Positions 26,309-33,913 of a DNA stretch of 37,437 nt are shown piece after piece (position 1 is the first letter of the stretch; each line of letters starts with the position of its first letter). The notes beneath the pieces are model-generated. The model saw only the letters and a program-made list of their open reading frames with translations. It was not told where the DNA came from and searched no databases. The position numbers and the translations under genes were made by a program. This DNA is from an uncultured Rhodohalobacter sp. (GTDB lineage: Bacteria > Bacteroidota > Rhodothermia > Balneolales > Balneolaceae): the NCBI GenBank assembly GCA_964552935.1, contig CAZKIZ010000001.1, positions 1 through 37,437 on the forward strand. Reading direction: 5' to 3'.

Positions 26309-28485
26309 TAAAATTGATATCCGATTTGTATTTCACCTACGAATCTGTTGTCAGTGCTGGTTGATACGATCGCTTTTATAGGCCCCAAAATGGTTAATGC
26401 ACCCACCGACACACTTGCGCCGTGCTTAATATTGCTGGTTGAAAAGTTCCAGTTTTCTGTAAATCTCCCAGCGTAATAATCGATATTTATAAACCTGTGA
26501 TAGAGCGGCTCAATCTGAATTCCTGCAGATACCATTTGTACGTTTCTGCTGTGAAGCTGGTATCGCTCATATCCGCCAAATCTAACAAAACCAAAAACAG
26601 GATCATTTCTGTTTACCAGGAACCACGATTGCAAAGGCAGATCTTCACCTACACTATACCCTCCAAACAACAGGGTTCGGATTGATAATTCATCAGAAAC
26701 CGGAAAATAAGATTCAAGTAAACTGCCGAGGCTAAAATAATTGATTGAACTCAGCGAAAATTCACTGCTATATGATGCGTCTGCCATAAATCGTGTTCCT
26801 GTTTTCGGATACGATTTCCGATGGTGCCGGTCTCTGATTAGCTGCAGAAAAAAGGATTGATGATTAATTTCCGTCGTTTCAATTTGGTCAGGATTGATGG
26901 TGTTATTATGAAATATAAAATCTCTTCGAAGCCCGCCTGCAATCAAATTGTTTGAACTGAGGTAATTGCCAAAAGAAAGCTCTAATCTTGTGAGATTATT
27001 TTTAAAGCGCGCTGTGCGTTCATTACCGTTAAACTGGTCAATATTTTCTGATTCAAACAGAACTTTGGTACGAACACCAATCCGGGATCCCAATCCGCCG
27101 TACCCAAGCAGATCGGCCATGGCCCTGATTTCATTGCCAAGACGCAGTTCAAAACGCAAACTTGAGCTGTTGAAAATTAAGTTTCTAAACTGGGACGACA
27201 GCAGGATGGAGGCTTCAGTTTGCGTTTCATACCTGAGCCCAACTCTGAATATATCCGTTCTGTTTTCTTCAACGTTTATATGAAGATTGTAATAGTAGGA
27301 TTCATCAGGCTGAATTTGATATGTAATCAGATCAAAAAGCTGCGTGCTGTAGAGCTGCGAAATTTTTTGGTCGATAAAATCCGGAGTAAGCTGAAAATCT
27401 TGCTCAATCCCAAGTTCACTCAGAATAAATTCATCACTCACAAGGTCATTTCCCTCAATAATCACCCTGTTGAATGGCAGTGTGCCGTATGATCCTATAC
27501 CGGTTCTGACAGTTGGGGAATGGTGTTGATTCTTCACCAGGTCAGCAAACTGATCCTCATAAAGTTCTGCTTTTTCATATCCGATTTTTATAAGTTCGTC
27601 AACCCGATCAAAATCCAGAATATCGAAAGAATTCGCTTTCTCCGGGTTAATGTAAATATCAGAAGCTCCAATCTGGTTTTCAATCTTCTCATTTATCCTG
27701 TAATTGACCACCTGGTTTAAAACGGCTGTAAAAGATTGCAGGCTGTCTCGCGGCATCAGCGGGGCCGCAACGTTCACGGAGATAATGAAGTTTGCACCCA
27801 TGTCTCGTGCTTCATCTACGGGCAAATTGTTCGATAAACCTCCATCTATATAAGCCACACCATCGATAGTGTGTGGCCTCATCAATGAGGGGATAGAGAT
27901 GCTGGCCCTGATGGCATCGGGCAGGTATCCGGATTTAAACGTCTTTGGAAGTCCTGTTTCAAGTTCAGTTGCAACTGTGGCAAAAGGTATCGGAAAATCT
28001 TCAAAATTATCAGTACCGTGTGCAGGCCAAGTGTACCTTGATAAAAAGGAGTATATATTCTGGCCGCTTATGATTCCGAAAGGCAAGTCAAGGCCGCGTT
28101 CGCTAATCGGAAATGATACGATGGTTCTGTCGTCGAACAAACGCTCATAATTTGAAATGTAATGCCTGCTGGGTCTTTCAGTGAAGATTTCGTCCCAGTT
28201 ACTGGATTTGGCAATCTCCGTGAGCTGATCAGTTGTATATCCAATGGAATAGAGAGCGCCAATCAGGCTGCCCATACTGGTACCCGTAATATAGTCTATG
28301 CGAACTCCGGCCTCCTCCAGCTTCTTTATGACGCCAATGTGTGCAATTCCTTTTGCTCCGCCACCACTTAACACCAGGCCTACTTTAAGGCTGTCACTAT
28401 TTTGTGATATTGACTGAGAAAAAAGATTGCAAAAAGAGAATAGGGAGAAGGGGATGAGTATGATTATTAGTCGTACAATTTTCAT
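26308..28485 (-). CDS. Patatin-like phospholipase with POTRA and C-terminal beta-barrel (PlpD-like)
   Basis: LSGGGAKGIAHIG, GTSMG, YIDGG, POTRA-like VIIEGNDLVSDEFIL, terminal QIGYQF. Confidence 0.9.
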   Translation of the reverse strand: MKIVRLIIILIPFSLFSFCNLFSQSISQNSDSLKVGLVLSGGGAKGIAHIGVIKKLEEAGVRIDYITGTSMGSLIGALYSIGYTTDQLTEIAKSSNWDEIFTERPSRHYISNYERLFDDRTIVSFPISERGLDLPFGIISGQNIYSFLSRYTWPAHGTDNFEDFPIPFATVATELETGLPKTFKSGYLPDAIRASISIPSLMRPHTIDGVAYIDGGLSNNLPVDEARDMGANFIISVNVAAPLMPRDSLQSFTAVLNQVVNYRINEKIENQIGASDIYINPEKANSFDILDFDRVDELIKIGYEKAELYEDQFADLVKNQHHSPTVRTGIGSYGTLPFNRVIIEGNDLVSDEFILSELGIEQDFQLTPDFIDQKISQLYSTQLFDLITYQIQPDESYYYNLHINVEENRTDIFRVGLRYETQTEASILLSSQFRNLIFNSSSLRFELRLGNEIRAMADLLGYGGLGSRIGVRTKVLFESENIDQFNGNERTARFKNNLTRLELSFGNYLSSNNLIAGGLRRDFIFHNNTINPDQIETTEINHQSFFLQLIRDRHHRKSYPKTGTRFMADASYSSEFSLSSINYFSLGSLLESYFPVSDELSIRTLLFGGYSVGEDLPLQSWFLVNRNDPVFGFVRFGGYERYQLHSRNVQMVSAGIQIEPLYHRFINIDYYAGRFTENWNFSTSNIKHGASVSVGALTILGPIKAIVSTSTDNRFVGEIQIGYQF

Positions 28486-28534
28486 GCTATAAAAATACGA
28501 CGAATGTACCCATCAATACTAATTTAATATGTAA

Positions 28535-28930
28535 TTATACTTCAGCAAATGCTTTACTGACTGCATATCTGAGTTTCTCTTCAGAAACAGGTTTTTCAAG
28601 AAAGGCTTCATAATTTGTCTGAACCGCTCTGCTTCTCGTCTCTTGTTCTGAATTTCCGGTAACATATATAACTTTGATGTTGCTGGACCCCTGACGTATT
28701 CTTGTCATCGCCTCAATTCCATCAATATCGTCTCCCAGGCGAACGTCCATCATAATCAGGTCGATGTTCTCAGAAGCAAGGGCAGTGCGAACAGCCTCGA
28801 CGCCTTTAGACACAGTAGCTACTACGTTCAGCCCAAGCCTGTGAGCAAGACGCTGCATAATGATTTGCTGAATTCCATCGTCTTCAACAATCATGACATT
28901 TTTTTCGCTGTTTTCTAAACCCAAAAGCAT
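28535..28930 (-). CDS. Stand-alone response regulator receiver domain
   Basis: VMIVEDD, LIMMD, DGIE, YVTG, FLEKP; no output domain. Confidence 0.92.
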   Translation of the reverse strand: MLLGLENSEKNVMIVEDDGIQQIIMQRLAHRLGLNVVATVSKGVEAVRTALASENIDLIMMDVRLGDDIDGIEAMTRIRQGSSNIKVIYVTGNSEQETRSRAVQTNYEAFLEKPVSEEKLRYAVSKAFAEV

Positions 28931-28976
28931 CTTTTCCTTATAATTCGAGAGCCGTAGTTAACCTTTCTACATGACA

Positions 28977-29009
28977 AGATGTTTTCAGATGACTTTTGTT
29001 ACAAAAAAA
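28977..29009 (-). promoter_or_regulatory. ECF-sigma-type promoter matching the pilT upstream motif
   Basis: The minus strand reads TTTTTTTGTAACAAAAGTCATCTGAAAACATCT. Confidence 0.6.
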
Positions 29010-29046
29010 TCAGGTATTAATTGTAAATGATTGTAAAAACGGTATT

Positions 29047-29271
29047 CTACTGAACGATATACCCGTCTTTTTCGAGTATAGACTTAATTTTTTCTATGTG
29101 TGAACCCTGGATTATAATGGTCTTTCCTTCAGTGTATCCGCCTGCACCACAATTTGTTTTAAGCTTTTTTTCAAGCTTTTCAATGACTTGCGGATTATGC
29201 GTAATTCCAGTAATAACGGTTGTTGGTTTCCGTGTTTTTGGATTTCTTTGTTCAGCTATTTTTACCTTCAT
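29047..29271 (-). CDS. yciH: SUI1/YciH translation initiation factor homologue (short form)
   Basis: KPTTVITGI, KKLKTNCGAGG, IIIQGSH, LEKDGY. Confidence 0.85.
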   Translation of the reverse strand: MKVKIAEQRNPKTRKPTTVITGITHNPQVIEKLEKKLKTNCGAGGYTEGKTIIIQGSHIEKIKSILEKDGYIVQ

Positions 29272-29557
29272 CTTATAATACTCGGTGAGTTAGCTATTAA
29301 TAATTTGTTCTTTATTCTTCCTTAAAGATACAAAAGTTGAACGGGCTGCCGAACTCAATCTTTGTTACAACCTGCATCTTTACTATTCCCCGAAATGGCT
29401 GAAAATTTGAGGCTCACGCCAATTAATGATAATGAAATACTTCAGGGGGTATATTTGTTCTGTTTGTGTACCATAAAATACGGAACGTTAACAGTTTAAG
29501 AGATAGTTGAAATTCCTTAACTTTAGAACTTAAAATTAACGCACACCGGAGATACCA

Positions 29558-30130
29558 TTGCAAAAAATTGAAATGGACATACTTGGCTTGTCAACAAGCC
29601 CGAGCAGCGGGGGAGCTTACGCCTTAATTTTAACTGAAAAAGAAGGAGGCAGACGCCTTCCCATTATCATTGGTACATTTGAGGCACAAGCTATTGCACT
29701 GGAGCTGGAAAGTATTAAGCCGCCCAGGCCCATGACTCACGATCTCGTAAAAAATATCATCATGAGTTTTGATACGTCCGTGGAATATGTTTTAATAAAT
29801 GAGCTTGCAGAGGGTACTTTTTTCGCCAAACTCGTTTTCAGCAGGGGAGATGAAAAGATTGAAATTGATGCCAGGCCGAGTGATGCAATTGCCGTGGCGA
29901 TCCGTTTCGGGGCATCAATATTTGTCCATACAAGCGTTTTGGAAGAAGCGGGTATTGAATCGGAGGAGCCGAAAAAACCGGGCAAGAAGAGTGGGTCTGC
30001 AGTTGTAGAGGAGAAAAATGAGTTAAGCGGAATTGAGAAACTCGAACAAGAGCTTCAGACGGCAATTGATACCGAGAACTACGAAAAAGCGGCTAAAATT
30101 CGTGATCAAATCAACCGTTTAAAGGGGTGA
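29558..30130 (+). CDS. Bifunctional nuclease family (DUF151) protein with UVR domain
   Basis: LPIIIGTFEAQAIA, PRPMTHDL, IDARPSDAIAVA; C-terminal AIDTENYEKAAKIRDQI. Confidence 0.93.
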   Translation: MQKIEMDILGLSTSPSSGGAYALILTEKEGGRRLPIIIGTFEAQAIALELESIKPPRPMTHDLVKNIIMSFDTSVEYVLINELAEGTFFAKLVFSRGDEKIEIDARPSDAIAVAIRFGASIFVHTSVLEEAGIESEEPKKPGKKSGSAVVEEKNELSGIEKLEQELQTAIDTENYEKAAKIRDQINRLKG

Positions 30131-30131
30131 A

Positions 30132-31751
30132 GTGAAGGTAATATCGAGCTCCTTTGATGAATTGCCCTTTTCAAAATTGTTTCGCGATTATACATCGGGA
30201 ACAGGTACAATCTATCAATTTTTTGAATCTGAACGTCCCGATATCAAAGCCCTGGTCCGCAGATCAAAAGAGCTTGATTTTGGAGGAGATCGAAAAAAAA
30301 CCGTCGAGCTGCTCACCCGGTTTAATAAAAAGTTTGATGCTTCTCCCAAGACGCTAAAAAAAATCAAGCTGCTGGCTAACCCAAAGTCTGTAACAATAGT
30401 AACGGGTCAGCAGGTAACGCTGTATGGCGGTCCGCTGTTTACAATTTACAAAACGCTGACGGCCATCCACTATGCCAAAGCCCTTGAAAAAGAGACCGGC
30501 TTTTCTGTGGTTCCGGTTTTTTGGCTGGCGGATGAAGATCACGACATTAAAGAAGCGTCCCAAATCACTTTGCTAAATAAATCGGATCCGGTTGTGCTCA
30601 CCTGTAATCACAGCAGGTATAGTGATGATCCTCCGGCTGCGGCCAGCCTGCAATTAGGCGATGAGTTCGAGCAGTTCAGGCAAAAAATTATTGAAAACCT
30701 TGAAGAGACCGATTTTACTGAGCAGCTTTTAGAGCAGGCAGACCGCTTCTACCAGAAAGGAGATACCTTTGGGCAAAGTTTTGGCCGATGGCTCTTGCAT
30801 CTTTTCTCTGATGAAGGGCTGATTTTAGCGGGGAGTAATACAGCTGAAATGAAACAGCATACGGTATCTCTGTTTGAAACAGCTGTTAAAAAACAGGAAC
30901 AGATTTCAACTGCCCTCGATGATGCCACCTACGATTTAATCGAACATGGATATCACGGACAGGTGCAGGTTCAGCCCTCCAACCTGTTTTACTTCGATGA
31001 GGCGGGCAGCCGCCATAAACTCCAATTTTCAAATGACACGTGGAACATTCCAGGCTCTAACTGGAGCACCGAAGAACTTCTTAACGAGATAAAAAGTCAT
31101 CCTGAAAAGTTTTCCCCCAACGTTTTTCTGAGGCCCATCCTGCAGGATCACATACTGCCGGTGGCCGGCTACGTAGGTGGGCCGGGGGAGGTAGCTTACT
31201 ATGCGCAGATGAAGAGTCTTTACCCGTTGTTTGGTAAAACAATGCCGGTCATTATTCCGCGATTCAGTATAACGCTGTTCGACATGGCCATCGACAGAAT
31301 TATTGATAAGCTACCGTTCAACTGGACTCAATTCAGTAAAAGGCTGGATGACCTTGAAAAACTGTATGTCCAAAAATCGGAAAAAGCGGATATAGAGCAG
31401 ATGTTTTCAGCCTGGAGATCGCACATTGAGGAGTTTGCTCATGCTCAAAAAAGACAAATTGGCAATATAGACCCCACATTAACCGGCAGCGTAGGAAAAG
31501 CCAAAGCGGCCTACCTTTCCGAACTGGATAAGCTGAAAGGAAAAGTCTATCGGTCGGTAAAAAACCAGGATAAAATTCAGATCGACAGGATCCACCGAAT
31601 CAGTCAAAATCTTTTTCCAAATGGTAATCTCCAGGAGCGCGAGCTCGCATTTATCTTTTTTATGAATAAATATGGAATGCAGTTGTGGGACAGGATTTTG
31701 AAAGCGTTGGAAGATGAAGAACCGTTTACACACAAAGAGATCCACTTTTGA
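30132..31751 (+). CDS. bshC: Bacillithiol biosynthesis cysteine-adding enzyme
   Basis: IVTGQQ...GGPLFTIYK, VPVFWLADEDHD, FSPNVFLRP, YVGGPGEVAYYAQ, LFPNGNLQER. Confidence 0.95.
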   Translation: MKVISSSFDELPFSKLFRDYTSGTGTIYQFFESERPDIKALVRRSKELDFGGDRKKTVELLTRFNKKFDASPKTLKKIKLLANPKSVTIVTGQQVTLYGGPLFTIYKTLTAIHYAKALEKETGFSVVPVFWLADEDHDIKEASQITLLNKSDPVVLTCNHSRYSDDPPAAASLQLGDEFEQFRQKIIENLEETDFTEQLLEQADRFYQKGDTFGQSFGRWLLHLFSDEGLILAGSNTAEMKQHTVSLFETAVKKQEQISTALDDATYDLIEHGYHGQVQVQPSNLFYFDEAGSRHKLQFSNDTWNIPGSNWSTEELLNEIKSHPEKFSPNVFLRPILQDHILPVAGYVGGPGEVAYYAQMKSLYPLFGKTMPVIIPRFSITLFDMAIDRIIDKLPFNWTQFSKRLDDLEKLYVQKSEKADIEQMFSAWRSHIEEFAHAQKRQIGNIDPTLTGSVGKAKAAYLSELDKLKGKVYRSVKNQDKIQIDRIHRISQNLFPNGNLQERELAFIFFMNKYGMQLWDRILKALEDEEPFTHKEIHF

Positions 31752-32323
31752 TGAAGCAACGTTTTCCAGGTAAAAGTGATATCCGAAAAACGTATCTGAG
31801 CGTGCGAAACTCTCTTTCGGTTTTAGAGATGGAGCAAAAGAGCAGTGAAATAATAACCCAGCTGATTGAGCAGTCTTATTTTATTGATTCTAAAACGGTT
31901 CACATTTATGCTTCAATAGAAAAGAACCGGGAAGTTTTAACGGATTATCTGATTACAACATCATTGAAGCTGGGAAAGAGAGTAGTTGTTCCAAAGATGC
32001 AGAATGAAGGAGATCTAACGCATTATGAAATCAGCAGCCTTGATGACCTTACTAAAAACCGGTGGGGAGTTCCGGAGCCGGAAAATACATTTCAGCAGGT
32101 GCAGCCTGATGAACTTTCACTTGTTGTTGTGCCGATGGTGGCGGGCGATTTTCAAAAAAACAGAATTGGATACGGTAAAGGGTATTACGATCGTTTTTTG
32201 ATGCAGACAAATGCATACAGAACCGGGCTTTGCTATAACTGCACGCTCTCCTGGATTCCTCTCCCTGTTGACTCTCATGATCAGCAGATGGACCAGATTA
32301 TTACTGAAACGAAGGTTATCTGA
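31748..32323 (+). CDS. ygfA: 5-formyltetrahydrofolate cyclo-ligase
   Basis: KRVVVP, WGVPEP, VVPMVAGD, RIGYGKGYYDRFL, HDQQMDQIITE. Confidence 0.93.
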   Translation: MMKQRFPGKSDIRKTYLSVRNSLSVLEMEQKSSEIITQLIEQSYFIDSKTVHIYASIEKNREVLTDYLITTSLKLGKRVVVPKMQNEGDLTHYEISSLDDLTKNRWGVPEPENTFQQVQPDELSLVVVPMVAGDFQKNRIGYGKGYYDRFLMQTNAYRTGLCYNCTLSWIPLPVDSHDQQMDQIITETKVI

Positions 32324-32373
32324 CGAACTTTGAAACTCATTTAAAATCCCTTCGTATTTAAAATTGTTGAAAA

Positions 32374-32575
32374 ACCTGAGTTCGATTTTAATATTTAACA
32401 AAAGAGGCTCCCCTCCTTCGCAAGGAGGGGCCGGGGGTGGTTATGGTACTACTATCAGCTCTTTAATTGAAAAATCGACTGATTAAACTTTTTTTAAACC
32501 ACCCCTAAATCCCCTCCTTGAAGAAGGAGGGGACTTTTGATGCACTTTAATGAGGATTAAGAATCGAACTCAGGT
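32374..32575. mobile_element. Nested inverted-repeat (MITE/REPIN-like) non-coding element
   Basis: Perfect 14-bp terminal inverted repeats ACCTGAGTTCGATT / AATCGAACTCAGGT enclosing two inverted REP-like hairpins (32409-32442 and 32497-32534). Confidence 0.7.
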
Positions 32576-32636
32576 AAAAATTGATTTATTGGAAATTGAA
32601 TCAGTCTCAAATTGATAAAGAAAAAGGACGAAACAG

Positions 32637-33299
32637 GTGGATCTTATGGCTGAAAAAACCAAAACACACGCTCATGAATCAACGCTTAATATCTCAGAAG
32701 AAGATCTTCAATCATCATTGAAAGATTTTCTTGAGACGGGTGACGAAAAGGAGAAAACCAGCATCTGGAATATCCGCACGATAAGCGGTCTGGCTTTTGT
32801 TTTTATTGCACTTGCATTCGTTGGCCAGTCCATAGGTGAAATGTTTGGAACTTCGGGACTGTCTCTTCTGAACACTTTGATAGGAGTAACTCCATATATA
32901 GCCGGAGCGATTTTGGCCGTGATTAGTATCGGTTTTTTGAAGCAGTCCGGTCAGAGTAAAAAAGCGGAGATGAAGGAGGAGGAAAAAAACAAGCAAGCGT
33001 ACGATAAACTGGACGCATTCCTTTACGCAGATCAATCATCAGGTAAGAGTAAACGAAAAAAGAAAGAGAGTTTTACCAGCATTAAAACAAGTTCAGGGCT
33101 GGCAAAATCGCGAACAGACAGTAAACTATTTGGGGTCTGCGGTGGTGTTGCGAAATATTTGGGTATTAACTCAACTCTGCTGCGGATCGGATTTTTAATG
33201 GCATTCTTTTTGAGTTCAGGCAGCTTTTTTCTTCTTTATCTTGCAATGGCATTTGTCATGCCAAAAGAGTCTATTGATGATATGGATGACTTTAACTAA
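32637..33299 (+). CDS. Membrane protein with C-terminal PspC domain
   Basis: LAKSRTDSKLFGVCGGVAKYLGI...LLRI...LYLAMAFVMPKE; two upstream TM helices; start may be ATG at 32646. Confidence 0.88.
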   Translation: MDLMAEKTKTHAHESTLNISEEDLQSSLKDFLETGDEKEKTSIWNIRTISGLAFVFIALAFVGQSIGEMFGTSGLSLLNTLIGVTPYIAGAILAVISIGFLKQSGQSKKAEMKEEEKNKQAYDKLDAFLYADQSSGKSKRKKKESFTSIKTSSGLAKSRTDSKLFGVCGGVAKYLGINSTLLRIGFLMAFFLSSGSFFLLYLAMAFVMPKESIDDMDDFN

Positions 33300-33310
33300 A
33301 CAAACGAATT

Positions 33311-33913
33311 GTGTTTATAACATTTGAAGGGATAGACGGAAGCGGAAAATCGACGCAGATCCGGCTCTTAAGAAACTATTTTGTAAGTAAGAATATCGAC
33401 GCTCATCTTTTCAGAGAGCCCGGCGGAACGGACCTATCGGAGCAAATAAGATCGCTGCTCCTGCATGGAGGAGAGGAGATGAACCCTGTTACAGAATTGC
33501 TTCTGTTCTCGGCCGCACGCTCACAGCTTATTTCTGAAAAAGTCCTGCCGCTGCTCGAGACCGGAAAAGTGGTTATACTCGATCGGTTTTACGATTCCAC
33601 AACAGCATACCAGGGCTATGGCAGGGAGTCGGCTCCATTAAACCAAATTGATCAGCTTAATAAAATCGCTTCTCACAACCTGGTTCCGGATATAACTTTC
33701 TACCTGGAAGTTTCTCCTGAAAGTGCCGCCAACAGAACCGCGGGAGCTGAAAAAGATCGTATGGAGAGATCCGGCTCTCATTTTTTTGCTAAGGTGGCAG
33801 AGGGATTTAGAAAACTCAGCCAGCAAGAGAAAAGGTTTGTTACCATCAATGGTGAGAAGGATATTGAAGAAATCCACAAAATTATTATCAGGACTGTTCA
33901 GCAATTTTCTTGA
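33311..33913 (+). CDS. tmk: Thymidylate kinase
   Basis: FITFEGIDGSGKSTQ, REPGGT, LDRFYDSTTAYQGYGR, DRME. Confidence 0.96.
   Translation: MFITFEGIDGSGKSTQIRLLRNYFVSKNIDAHLFREPGGTDLSEQIRSLLLHGGEEMNPVTELLLFSAARSQLISEKVLPLLETGKVVILDRFYDSTTAYQGYGRESAPLNQIDQLNKIASHNLVPDITFYLEVSPESAANRTAGAEKDRMERSGSHFFAKVAEGFRKLSQQEKRFVTINGEKDIEEIHKIIIRTVQQFS

Noticed and set aside
29344-29370. TGTAACAAAG on the minus strand upstream of yciH
   Set aside because: The -35-like half matches, but position N17 gives GCCC rather than RTCT/RTAC.
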